A DNA stretch of 63,827 bases, counting the filler, from Lenisia limosa (taxonomy: Eukaryota; Protista; Breviatea): assembly GCA_001655205.1 (NCBI GenBank). It is 12 parts of 12 records of this genome, joined end to end, with 100 filler letters (N's around TTAATTAATTAA, not from the genome) between each part and the next. Parts side by side here need not be neighbours in the genome. Positions count along the whole stretch, not along the records: positions 38,566 to 41,129 come from LPNZ01002300.1; positions 41,230 to 44,467 come from LPNZ01008844.1; positions 44,568 to 54,342 come from LPNZ01006975.1; 9 more parts are not named here. One strand, given 5' to 3'. Shown piece after piece: positions 38,660 to 51,205 of this stretch. The translations under genes were made by a program, and so were the position numbers. Below the pieces are notes generated by a model. That model searched no databases and was not told where the DNA came from. It was given only the letters and a program-made list of their open reading frames with translations. Position 1 is the first letter of the stretch, and every line of letters begins with the position of its first letter.

Positions 38660-41075
38660 ATCATACCGTCTCCATTCCCAATAAAGTCGCAGCCTCTTCA
38701 GGGGTCATTTCGTCTGGAGAAGTTACTCAGTAAGCAAAGGTTAAACAATCAAAAACGACTTAGGATTACCCTAAAAATATAACTTGGTATTAGAATAACA
38801 ATCGAATTACCTCTTCTATCAAAAAGTGTCATAATCGCAGCAAAAGGAGGGGGAACAGTGTACTCCCTCTCATCACCATTGTCAAATTCGACGCTAATTG
38901 TGGCCTAAAAGGTAACAGACCGAAAAAAATAAAAGAAAACAACATGAGTCTGATTGGCAAAACATCAAATCGACAAAATGAATGATGAGTGAAAGTATTT
39001 GAAAACTAACATTTCTCTAATCAGCTCTAAATTACTGTTTGGGGAGTCTCTGACGACAAATGGGTGGTATGAGAGGTGGAAGTATTTGAAAACTAACATA
39101 ATTATCTTAGCACTACTATAAAATGTAGGAATTTACATACATATACATGTAAATATGTACTATATCGTATGTAATCATGTTGTATATACAGTGAGTGACC
39201 CCTATCTTGCTCCCACAGTCCCTTGATTCTTGAAAAGCTCCAGTTTAAGTCCCTTTTCGGAGTACTTCTCAAGAAAGCTGTCATAATACCTGAATAGTAA
39301 CAGGAGATGAGCAGACTGGTGAGAAATAACGCAAGTTAATATCTCGCAGAAGCCATTGGACTATTGTATTACATATGATATTGATATTGATATGTGATAT
39401 GTATTACTCATGCATATAATCAGACATACATTATATGTACGTAAAAGGATAAATACATTCACCACGAAAAGCCCTGACAGCATTGACTAGCTCAGTATAC
39501 GTGCCATAACGTAGAGCGGTCAATATGTACTTCCATAAGGATTCCCTTTGATTAATACTAATAAATATAATGGATCAATAAAATATGTCTAATATACTAC
39601 AACGACCCTGTGAATAGGGACTTAGCATGAATGAACACACCACACCCACTTTTGCACAGCCTTGGGCAAGGTGAAGTCGTCAGATTTGATGTAGGGCCAG
39701 AATGACGCCGAAATCGGAGTAACTGACGCTCTTTCCATGCCTATTTGGCTTACTGTAAGCAGATGTAGAAATTCGAAATGGATATATTGCAAGACAGTAT
39801 AGATGGCTCTTGCGGAAACTCAAAAAGTATCTTCATATACACGACCAGGCAACCCACCATCGAATTCGATTCCGAACGACTGATTCAGGCCACGAGCTTG
39901 CAAGACGTCAGAAAGAATCACTCCACATGGTACAATGGAACTGGCACCGAATCTGGCCTCCAGTTTGCTCAAAATATGTTTCTGGAAAGGGGGGGGGGAT
40001 GAAAATGGTGCATTTAGAACATAAAAAGAACCAATTATGTTATTCAAGTATTTGAGAAACACACAGGAGTGAAAAACAACAAAATGAGCGAAGCGCAAGC
40101 CACAATATCATTGGGACGAAAAATACTATTTGTGATTACGCGAGACAAGAGAGGGATCTTTAGTTGTAAAAAGTACCAGTCCCATCCAGCTCACATAATC
40201 ATCAGTATCTGCATTGGGATTTTGAAGGAACGTGTCGCCCACAACACTCTGTAGCTCTTTTACCAGGGTATCAGTACGGCCAAAAATACTGACAAAGTAG
40301 GCAAGAACGTCCACTCTTCGAGGCTTCCAAGTTGGTCCTAGAATGAGATTATTTATTGGACAGTGCAAATAATGTTTTTTTGGAAAAAAATGACAAAATT
40401 TGAAATATAAGTGTTTTCTAAAGACACCCTCCCTGGTTATTTGATTTGTATTTAGATAAATGCTTGAGGTAAGCAGAAAACTGCTATGCGAAGCAAAAGA
40501 TTGTGTGAATTAGGATTATTATGATATTTCTTATAACTATTACTTCTCATCTTTTCATATTTTGTGAAGTGCAGCTATTATTTACAAAAATAAAAGATGG
40601 GAAACGAACTATCATAACGAAAACAAAAGGACTCGATGAGAAGACGGTTGTCAAACAAGCTTTGTATTGACACAATCCCCATACCCTTTGCACCAGTAAC
40701 TTTAGGTAGCTTTCCAAGTAACCCTGCAACCGGTCTGGGCTCCCAGTCGTTTACGTCTCTTTCCTGAAAATTAAATGAGCCATTTTCAAAATAAAAGAAA
40801 CTCATTCATAATTCTAATTGAAAAAGAGGGATGATAGCAGTAATATATGTACAATCTAAACAATTTCAACGTCCTCTTTTCTAAACACAAAGGAGAACCA
40901 GAGAAGAGAGGTGCGTTGTAATCAATTTCTCTAACCTCAAAATAATGATAGTTCATGTTAAATCACATCGTTTTCCACACAATCACTGTTTTTAGGACTC
41001 ACCAAGTCAACATCTTCATCATCCAGCTCCTTCAACAAATAGCCGCTATCAAGGTTTTGCTGCAGAAGTTCACTA
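38660..41075 (-). CDS. ANAPC2: Divergent anaphase-promoting complex subunit 2 (cullin-homology), internal fragment
   Basis: Exons in APC2 order: VDVLAYFVSIFGRTDTLVKELQSVVGDTFL; LSKLEARFGASSIVPCGVILSDVLQARGLN (cf. LKLRFGE...CEVML.D); PISASFWP..DDFTLP; ISVEFDNGDEREYTVPPPFAAIMTLF. Confidence 0.65.
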
Positions 41076-41276
41076 CAAAGTGAAAGATGGTCAAAGTTGT
41101 ATTCAATCTACTATACTTCTTGGGGCAAANNNNNNNNNNNNNNNNNNNNNNNNNNNNNNNNNNNNNNNNNNNNTTAATTAATTAANNNNNNNNNNNNNNN
41201 NNNNNNNNNNNNNNNNNNNNNNNNNNNNNGATAGACTTTTTCAACTTAAATTGATATTTTGAATAACTTACTTATC

Positions 41277-43155
41277 AGGGATGCCCGTATATTTGCCGAG
41301 ACAGTGTGGCAAAAGACCGGTCTGAGGCAAGAGGAACTCTCCGTCTTCATTTCGATGATCGAAGTAAGTTGACAGTCTCTCGGATATCGAAAATACCGAC
41401 TCAAATGAAATTATAGAACATGAGTAGAGCTCAAGAGATGGAGGCACAAGACGAGGCTCTCTCCGCTGACATCACCCCTGTGCAGACCCCTATTGGTGGG
41501 TCATTTGACTTTGTTTTATCATGGTTATTAGCTCCTTGCTATCATGATATGTCTGATGCATATACATCATGTATTAATATTGCGTAAAAAGGGAATACTT
41601 CCCTCTTTCTCATTTACTAGGAACCCCTCCCTTGGCCTCTCCACGGCGATCGTCAACACCAAAGCCCGACAGTGATTTCCCCAGTACTCCCACTGCCGTA
41701 GAGGGGGGGGGTTATTTACCTAAGACACGATATAGAGGGGGGGGGGGGGGTNNNNNNNNNNNNNNNNNNNNNNNNNNNNNNNNNNNNNNNNNNNNNNNNN
41801 NNNNNNNNNNNNNNNNNNNNNNNNNNNNNNNNNNNNNNNNNNNNNNNNNNGAAATTCTCTCCACCATTTTCTGATATTTTGATATTTAAATAAATATTTA
41901 ACACACAGCAGAAGCCGCGACTACTTCGTCGGATGTTCAGTAGAGGAAACTCAGCCACCTCCCTCGACATCCCCATGAGCCCCACAAAGTCCCACTCTTT
42001 CGCTGATCTTCCATCTCCAGCCGTTCGCGGTCTATTTGTTACGAATAGGAATATGGTTATATCATGTTGACAGTGCTTGTATTAATCAGTTAACGTTGCT
42101 TAACATCAAGATGACCGACCATTAGTTTGACATTTTAGGCTCAGGAGCAAGTTTTGAAGTTTGGTTTCATAGGTGCATCAGGGGTGGGTAAGTCAACAAT
42201 ATTGAAAAGGTACCTCAAAGGCAACTTCAAGGCCTCGTTACCACCAACTGTAAGGGAGGATGTGAACTCATAACTCATATTACTGTTTGTTTTTTGAGAG
42301 TAATCTCTTCCATTTCGGTTTTCATTATCTTAGATCGGGCACAGTACCAAGAACTTCCCGCTGGATTTTGGGTCACAGAAAGCATCTGCTGTCCTCTTTG
42401 AGTTCTCCGGCGATAGAATATTCACTGACGTAGGTTGTCTCTAACGTGTTTTTTTTTTTATCACAATTGGCTTATGTCTTGGTTGTAAATGTCAGTATAT
42501 CATATAAGTTTATACACTCGATGTTCATTCATTCAGAACCTCCCGCTGCTGCCATCAATGCGTCAATTTTTTGTCGTATTTGACGCATCTTCCGCATTCG
42601 GCTTTGAAGAAGCGGTAGCATGGAGAGACACTGTCATCCAGCAGGTTGGTGGTGTTGTTATAGTTTTATCATTACTGGTTTTACCTTTTTGGTATGAAAT
42701 GAACTCCAAGTATTGACGTACTATAATAAATCTACTATATCAACAACTCATTTGGTGGTAACACTTTATTGCGCTTTCGTTTTACCAAAAGTGGTAATGT
42801 ATCAGTTGTTTTTATTTCTGATACTTCAGTCTGTGAGATTCGACCAGCCTGCACCCCCCTGTGTCTGTATTGCAAATAAGGTAGCCGGTTACAATTGTGC
42901 GTATGTTCACCGTACCCCCCATACACCCCCACGTGTACTACTACCTATTGAGCCTATCTCTTAAAAATTTTGAGTTCATTGAGGGCACCTATTCAGAGTA
43001 TCTAGCACAATTTGTAGACTTATGGTGTAAATTTAAACACCACTATGGATATATTATTTCAGACTGTGTAGTTTAAATTCACAACTTAAGACTGATTTAT
43101 CCTGTACTTTCCCGTCCGATGCTCAAGTCAAAACATCCGGGTTTTCTGCAATGTA
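41277..43155 (+). CDS. Protein with Ser/Pro-rich linker and C-terminal divergent Rab/Ras-like GTPase domain; partial
   Basis: Upstream low-complexity exons precede VLKFGFIGASGVGKSTILKRYLKGNF (G1), AVLFEFSGD (G3-like), FFVVFDASSAFGFEEAVAWRD and CVCIANK|TD (G4). Confidence 0.7.
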
Positions 43156-43685
43156 AGCTATACTGGATTTTGGTGAACAGAAGTGGCTTTGTTGTTGTGT
43201 TTCCTTTACTGTTTCTCTCTTTGCACTCTATTCTTTTCGGGCGATGCAAACAGGTCTTATATTCATAATAAGTGACGTAAGTTTAGTTTTTAAACCACCA
43301 ATACCGACTGTTTTTTTGTTATGTTTTGCTGAAATCCAAGCAGCATTATTTGCAAATTAAACAAAAATAAACACTAAAAAAAACTTCGGCTGAAGAACAG
43401 TTCAATGAAAATTCACAGTGTGATATTTGCTTTAGCGGCTTTAACTGGTACTCGTTTTCATTGCAACTGTCCAGATCTAAGACGGTATTATATGCCAAAC
43501 TTGTAAGATAATAAAGTTTCAAACCCCATAGAATAAAGGGGTAAATTGATGATCAATGCCAGGTAGTTCTGGAATTTTTTCCATTTTTTTCAACGCTAGA
43601 ACATTAGAGAAAGAAAAAAAGAAAGAAAAAACCCCCAATGTGGTATATTCTTGCTCCATTCCAAAAATCAATCAAATAAATTTCG

Positions 43686-44467
43686 ATTCCATTTTTTTAA
43701 ACAGGAACATTTTGGAAACGTAGTGTATCTTCATATTGTGGAATTTTTTCATATTCTGGAATTTCTTTCATTTTTTTCAACACCAGAGCATTTGGAAACG
43801 TGGTATATCTTCACATTCTGGAATTTCTTCCATTTTTTTCAACACCAGAGCATTTGAAAACGTGGTATATCTTCACATTCTGGAATTTCTTCCATTGTTT
43901 TCAACACCAGAGCATTTGAAAACGTGGTATATCTTCATATTCTGGAATTTCTTCCATTTTTTTCAACACCAGAGCATTTGGAAACGTGGTTTATCTTCAT
44001 ATTCTGGAATTTCTTCCATTTTTTTCAACACCAGAGCATTTGGAAACGTGGTGTATCTTCACATTCTGGAATTTCTTCCATTTTTTTCAACACCAGAGCA
44101 TTTGGAAACATGGTGTATATTCATATTCTGGTATTTCTACCATTTCTTTCAATTTGGAAACGTGGTTCATATTCTGGAATTTCTTCCATTTTTTTCAACA
44201 CCAGAGCATTTGGAAACGTGGTATATCTTCCTATTCTGGCTTTTCTTCCATTTTTTTCAACACCAGAGCATTTGGAAACGTGGATCTTCATATTCTGGAG
44301 TTTCTTCCATTTTTTTCAACACCAGAGCATTTGGAAACGTGGTATATCTTCACATTCTGGNNNNNNNNNNCATTTCTACCATTTTTTTCAATTTGGAAAC
44401 GTGGTGAATCTTCATATTCTGGAATTTCTTCCATTTTTTTCAACACCAGAGCATTTGGAAACGTGGT
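43686..44467. repeat. 62-bp tandem satellite, ~12 copies, running into the scaffold end
   Basis: Unit is catttggaaacgtggtatatcttcacattctggaatttcttccatttttttcaacaccagag. The repeat peptides shift frame in the ORF track, consistent with a period of 62. Confidence 0.92.
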
Positions 44468-44616
44468 NNNNNNNNNNNNNNNNNNNNNNNNNNNNNNNNN
44501 NNNNNNNNNNNTTAATTAATTAANNNNNNNNNNNNNNNNNNNNNNNNNNNNNNNNNNNNNNNNNNNNTTGAGAGTAGAATATGTCACGGAATGAAGATAA
44601 CATACTATCACACACA

Positions 44617-44703
44617 GGGCTTCACTTCAGTTCGAAAAATACTGGTAAAATATTCGTAGTTTTTGAGGATTTATCGAGATTTTTTTGAACCAAAGTGAAG
44701 CCC
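44617..44703. mobile_element. MITE family A copy (subfamily B remnant at ~44945-45020)
   Basis: Runs gggcttcacttcagttcg...gaaccaaagtgaagccc. Confidence 0.8.
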
Positions 44704-44739
44704 CCTGGGAATAGTACTTCCAGATTTTATTATATATTA

Positions 44740-47700
44740 ATAAAATACTGATCTATCGCCGACAACTCACTTTTTCAGGCAGGGTTTCCCTCGCTTCTTC
44801 GAGGCGCTTCAATGCTGTTTCGAAATCGGTTTTGCCAAGGATGGTGGTGATGGGGCCTGTCAAATTAAAGCTTTTGTTTTCGCATTATTGAGAGTTGATT
44901 ACGCAGTATTCGGGTTGGATCGGTGAAGCTTTGCTGATGACAATTACGGTCCCAAAAAGACTGAATATCTCGATAAATCCTCAATGAATATCGATATTTT
45001 AACGGTCTTTTTTGGCCCAAAAGCATAATACTATTCTCAACGTCCTTCAATAGTTCCCAGTATACATTTGGGGTCTTTGCTGTGTTTGTTCCAGTACTCC
45101 TTTTCCTCCTCACAATACGCCCGCACGCCACACTAGTGAGGGTAAGAAATGCAGAAATGAGAATTAGAAGGGTTGTCACCCTGCTTTAAGAGATATTATT
45201 GTATATTATATATGATATGATAGTAGACGCTAACCGAGACGATGGGAATGTTCAGCTCATGAGCTCTGCGCATCACACAGGCGTGACTCCAAATGGAGTC
45301 TTCATAGTCCATTCTGGTGCGTCAGTACTAGGTCTTCATAGCGTATTTTTCCGGACCAAATTGATGCCTTGACAACATGCAACATACCTCAGATCTGCAT
45401 GAGCGTCAATTTGAAAGATTCCAATGTCGCCGTGCTTCTCCTACAAACTGTCAAAAACGTAGGATATGACTCCTACCAATTAATGGAACTATTAATTGCA
45501 GATTTTTTGTAATCAATCCATTTCCGACACATTCATTTCAAACTTTGCAAATTTCCTTAAGAGCACACAGAAACACCCTAGCAAGCCACATCCATAACAC
45601 TCTTGTGCTTCATGAGGAAGTAATGGGCTATATCCTTTTCATTAAATAAATGCACGGAGTTTTAGTTCTGAGTAATGCAATATGTTACAGTGACCGCGAT
45701 ATGTTCTGACCAGATGGAACTGTCATATCCATAAGTGAAACATGATACGGAAAATGCCCTCCAATCTAATTTCCTCCTTTTACTCCCCTCTCTTTCGTTT
45801 ATCCCCCCCCCCCCCNNNNNNNNNNNNNNNNNNNNNNNNNNNNNNNNNNNNNNNNNNNNNNNNNNNNNNNNNNNNNNNNNNNNNNNNNNNNNNNNNNNNN
45901 NNNNNNNNNNNNNNNNNNNNNNNNNNNNNNNNNNNNNNNNNNNNNNNNNNNNNNNNNNNNNNNNNNNNNNNNNNNNNNNNNNNNNNNNNNNNNNNNNNNN
46001 NNNNNNNNNNNNNNNNNNNNNNNNNNNNNNNNNNNNNNNNNNNNCTCCCACCTTGCAAGCCCTAATGCTGCCGAAGGAAACAGTGTGCTCGCCACCAAGA
46101 AGGAGAGGCACCTAATCGGGTCATTATTGGGTGGGTGGTGAGAGGTTGGAGGGGGGAGGGGTAGTGCTCAGGTCATTATTGGGGGCGTGATTGAATTTGC
46201 TTATTATTAGAGGAGTGATTGAGTTTGCTGGTTATTATTTGAGAGTTTGCTGCAATATTGTAAAAGATAAATACTATAATTATCACACAACTGGACATAA
46301 GGTATCATATCACTGCACGGATAATGACAATTAAGACGTGTGATCGAGATACAAAACGTGATAGATATGGTCAAGAAGTGATCGTGATGCAAAACGTGAT
46401 ATGGTCAAGAATTAGTCTTTTCTTGATCAAATAAGACAAATATACAAGGCAACTCACCTGATTTTCTTTCAGCTGCTTCACGCCGTTATAAATCTGCTCC
46501 AGCATATCTGTTGGTGTGAGTCTCCAAAAGCCAACGCTTAAAAAAAATCACAAAATTGCTTCTTTTTTTTTTTCATAAAAATGCAAAAATCATTGGGAGA
46601 AATACGGTATATTTATCATATCAGAAATATATTTATATATGCATATGTATCGAAGAATAAATAAAAAAAAAGGTTGCATCTGGCCTAAGCCGTCCAGAGA
46701 TATTGAATTGTTTAATTCACCTGTGCAGTCAGCTTTCTGAATATCCAAATTCATTTACGCTTCCAACAACCTCAAAAATAAGTACCACCACTCCTCCCTC
46801 GATATTTCAGGCGATTTATTTATGGTGTCACTATGTCTTCTTATGTTTCCCTAGATTAATTTAATATATTGTCTTGCTTGCCTCCCTCTTCCATTTGCCC
46901 ACCTCCATTTTTGAACTCCTCGTGTGTGTAGATGCCGTGGAGAGCGGGTTTACGATCTTCGTGATCCAAGATCTCGAGTTGGTCAGAGGCATCAAGGATG
47001 GCTCTGGGGGGGGGGGGGNNNNNNNNNNNNNNNNNNNNNNNNNNNNNNNNNNNNNNNNNNNNNNNNNNNNNNNNNNNNNNNNNNNNNNNNNNNNNNNNNN
47101 NNNNNNNNNNNNNNNNNNNNNNNNNNNNNNNNNNNNNNNNNNNNNNNNNNNNNNNNNNNNNNNNNNNNNNNNNNNNTCACCACCATCATTATCATCATCA
47201 CCACCATCATCAAAATCATCGATAGTCCTACCCGTCTTCATAATAACATACCGGGGACCGTTAGCGGTTCCTCCTCCATACGAAACAGTGTCCTCCATGG
47301 GGGCGGAAAATACATGGAACTTGGCATCTTCGGGCTGAGACTCCTCAATTTCATCGAAAAAACTAGCAAGAGGGGGTAAATAGGAGAATTTTTTTTTTTT
47401 TTTTTNNNNNNNNNNNNNNNNNNNNNNNNNNNNNNNNNNNNNNNNNNNNNNNNNNNNNNNNNNNNNNNNNNNNNNNNNNNNNNNNNNNNNNNNNNNNNNN
47501 NTAAAAATAGAAAATATATAAAGCAAAAACACAAATCAACTCCATTATATAAAGTACAGAATGTGCCTTTTGTCTTTTCTTTTAGTTTATTGCTACATCT
47601 AATATCTTAAAAAATACTCAACAAAAAAAAGTAAAAAGATGTTGGGTGATGACGATTAGAGAACCATGGTAGATATGGATGGTAAGACGATGCCCGAATA

Positions 47701-47756
47701 AGGGGTGGGGGAAGCACTCACGTTTTCTTGACAGCTTGGTCTTTAGCAGCCTCCAT
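44740..47756 (-). CDS. speB: Agmatinase (ureohydrolase family); 3' end truncated
   Basis: Reads MEAAKDQAVKKT|FFDEIEESQPEDAKFHVFSAPMEDTVSYGGGTANGP..AILDASDQLE..; PLLLGGEHTVSFG; IFQIDAHADLR; SIWSHACVMRRAHE; IVS|CGVRAYCEEE. The ureohydrolase motifs GGEH, DAHxD and SHA are present. Confidence 0.9.
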
Positions 47757-48083
47757 AATGAGATGTGCAAGATGAGGGGTGGATGGGTCAGGGAGAGCAG
47801 GTGGGTAGCAGTGCGCAGGGAGATAGCCCGGCTCGGTTTAGACATGTCACGTGCACATTCACCCCCATGAATAATCCTGGTTCTTTAAGTTCTTTTGCTT
47901 TCTTGAATTTTCGTCCTGATTCTTTATTCAGTTGTTTCGTTTATTCTTGTACAGAAAAAAGCTGAGAAAAAGAAGAGCACCTTTCGTTGAGTTTGGACCC
48001 AATAGACATTATTGACTCTCCAAATAATAGCCAAAAAAGCAAGCTTCCAGCATTGAAACAGTGCATCATTACCAAAAAGGAAA

Positions 48084-51036
48084 TTAGGCGTTTCTTCTGG
48101 GGGGAGCCCAGTCCACAGAGAGAATCTAAGGAGTAAGAGACTTGCAGAATTGATTACACAGAACATTGGGATCTTTACTCAAAGTAGAGCGATTCGTGTG
48201 ACTAAGAAGACAAATGTGGAAAACCAGAACTTCATAATTCTCCCGTTTATTGTTTTGTTTTGTTTGGAGTTTCAGATTATTCGGTTCGTGATTTACCTTT
48301 ACACCAATATTCTTCATCGATATTTCCTTCGTTTACCCCCCCCCCCCACCAANNNNNNNNNNNNNNNNNNNNNNNNNNNNNNNNNNNNNNNNNNNNNNNN
48401 NNNNNNNNNNNNNNNNNNNNNNNNNNNNNNNNNNNNNNNNNNNNNNNNNNNNNNNNNNNNNNNNNNNNNNNNNNNNNNNNNNNNNNNNNNNNNNNNNNNN
48501 NNNNNNNNNNNNNAATATACCTTCTTCTACCCCCACCCCCCATACTCTGACGATATAAACACGGGGGATACGGCCGTAGTCTCTGCAAAGGTCGCGGACA
48601 TCATCATCGTTGGCCTCCTGTGAGAGATTGTCGATACGCAGAACGGGTTCTTCTGTGGGGGAGTAAAATGGGAATCTTTCTGAAACAAAAAAGAAAGACA
48701 AAATTCAACGCTGTTGGCTGACAACACACGCGAGTTGAGAACAACAAAACAAACAAAGCCCGGACGAGTCGCTTCCCACATCCCAGCACTCCATCATGTT
48801 ATAATATGTATGTATGTGGTAGGAGGGGGGGGGGGTGCCTAAAACCAAGAAAATTTCNNNNNNNNNNNNNNNNNNNNNNNNNNNNNNNNNNNNNNNNNNN
48901 NNNNNNNNNNNNNNNNNNNNNNNNNNNNNNNNNNNNNNNNNNNNNNNNNNNNNNNNNNNNNNNNNNNCTGAAATGTCAGATGATGTTGGTTGTTTAGTAT
49001 ACACCATTAGTATGACACAATGTTGCTGTATTCCTGATAATATTCACGCGCTTTCTTTACCTCAAAAAGAGGTCATAAGAGCTTCCCTGAGGTCGGAAAA
49101 AGAAAGATGACATATCGATATTTAACATGATTTATCATGAAATGTCTTTTCGGTATCGTAGGGTAGCCCGAGGCTCAACCGTGCTTACCTGGGAGGGACG
49201 TATTTGTTGGAGGTGGAAGCAGGGACAGCTGAAGGGCTTTGGCTACTTGTGTTAATGTAAAGAGGGGGGAGGAAGAAAAAAAAAAATGTTATTTACATAA
49301 CACAGAACATTACGACCCACTTGAACTCTGTTGGCCAAACAATTGACACACAAGAGTTAACCCTATGGCTTCACTTCGGTCGAAAAAAGACTGAATGTCT
49401 CGATAAATCATCGAAAACTATCGATATTTTACCGGTCTTTTTTAAACCGAAGTGAAGCCCTAGCCCCCACCCTCCCACTTCATCTGGCCCATAAGAGCGT
49501 CCTTGTAAGGGCAGTTGTTGGTGAAATGGTCACCTTGCTTGCCACAGGCACGGCAGACGACGAGAGAACGACCGGAGGTGGTGGTCTTCTTCTTGTCCTC
49601 CTCCTTCTGTATTGGGTTAAATTTTGCTTAAAGTATTTAAGTAGGTTTGTTCCAAAGCCTGACTCGGTCAAAGGACAAAAAGAACCATAAACGAGTGTAA
49701 CTTGCGTGATTTAGATTCAGTGTATTACAAGTAATTATTATTGAGATAAGAGAACAACAATTATGATTTTCATAAAAGTAGTAAAACTATGACGTCACTG
49801 TAACCTGCTTTAAGAGCAAGTAAAATAAAAGTTCAAAATCAACGAAATAAACAACTACATATCATATAAAAATATGTATATGACATGTACATGTGNNNNN
49901 NNNNNNNNNNNNNNNNNNNNNNNNNNNNNNNNNNNNNNNNNNNNNNNNNNNNNNNNNNNNNNNNNNNNNNNNNNNNNNNNNNNNNNNNNNNNNNNNNNNN
50001 NNNNNNNNNNNNNNNNNNNNNNNNNNNNNNNNNNNNNNNNNNNNNNNNNNNNNNNNNNNNNNNNNNCCGGAAACCATGGTCACACCGGACTCGGGGCCGG
50101 GGCCTGCGCGGGCACACTGACCGAATTTCGGCAGGTTCTGGGGGGTAAACTTGGAACATTCAACTCTGTTGGCTGACACACACAGGGGTTGCACACACAG
50201 GGGTTGATAACAACAAAACAGAGCAAAATTAGAAAATTTATGAAAAAAAAGGGGGGGGGGGGACAAACAGAAAAAACANNNNNNNNNNNNNNNNNNNNNN
50301 NNNNNNNNNNNNNNNNNNNNNNNACTAAAGCTAGACAAAACCAGATGACAAAAACACAAAAACAACAACAGATTAAACAAAACGGGAGATGCTTCAATTT
50401 GGAAGAAATGTTCTCAAAGACGGTACAGAGAAAGACAGCCTGACAATCTCAAGAAGTTCTGATCCAAAGAGGGGAGCAAGAAGAACAAAAAAAAGGGCGA
50501 AATCAGGAGAAGTAAGAACAAAGGAGGAAAACTATGGATTTATTTGGGGTGTGAACCGATAAAAATGGGACTGGTTCAAAACTAATCACTAGAAGTTCTT
50601 ACTTCAATAAGCCCAACAGAAAAGGACTGAAAGCCAAAACAAAAACGCCAAAGAAAGACTGAACAAATGAACAGCACCCAGATGCCGCTTACACGACGGC
50701 GGATAACGCCTTCACGGACGTTAGCGATGGTTTTGGTGATGCGGCTCTTAGTGGTTCTCTAGTAAGGTAAGAAGGAGCGAGGCGAGACCAAGGGACAGAC
50801 CTGCATGATTTCATCGTTGTCATTGTAGTAGTACTCGATGACAGTCTTGATTCCCTTAGCATCAGGGCCAATAACCTTGGTCTGTGGGAGTTCTCCTTCT
50901 CCTATTGGGTCAAAAAAAAAAGCGAAGCACTTTGTCTAGCCCCCTATTTGCCCTTAACCTCTTATAATCACCATCTAAGCTTACCAATATCATCAGCCTC
51001 GGCTTCCTCTCCCCATGATTTGATTGCTGGTACCAT
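48084..51036 (-). CDS. EIF3G: Eukaryotic translation initiation factor 3 subunit G
   Basis: Reads MVPAIKSWGEEAEADD; GPDAKGIKTVIEY; LPKFGQCARAGPGPESGVT; zinc knuckle VVCRACGKQGDHFTNNCPYKD; KYVPP; RRM VLRIDNLSQEANDDDVRDLCRDYGRIPRVYIVR; ILSVDWAPPRRNA*. Confidence 0.93.
49364..49462. mobile_element. MITE family A copy flanked by TA on both sides (subfamily B remnant at ~49080-49170)
   Basis: Runs ta|tggcttcacttcggtcg...aaccgaagtgaagccc|ta. Confidence 0.85.
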
Positions 51037-51205
51037 TTTGTGTGATTAAAACTGATGTGTTGTTCTTTAACAGTTCTAAAGTACAAGAGGACAATTTTTC
51101 AACAAATATAGTTTTTATTCGGTTTTTCGATAAATTTTATCGAAATATATCAATATATTTGGAGATTTTTTTTGGAGAAATTTGACACTCTAGCTTGCAT
51201 TAACA

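Noticed and set aside
43686-44467. Possible CRISPR array or repetitive membrane protein (long ORFs 43736-44523)
   Set aside because: The units are contiguous with no unique spacers. The period of 62 is not a multiple of 3, and the ORFs arise only from lack of stops in a T-rich repeat.
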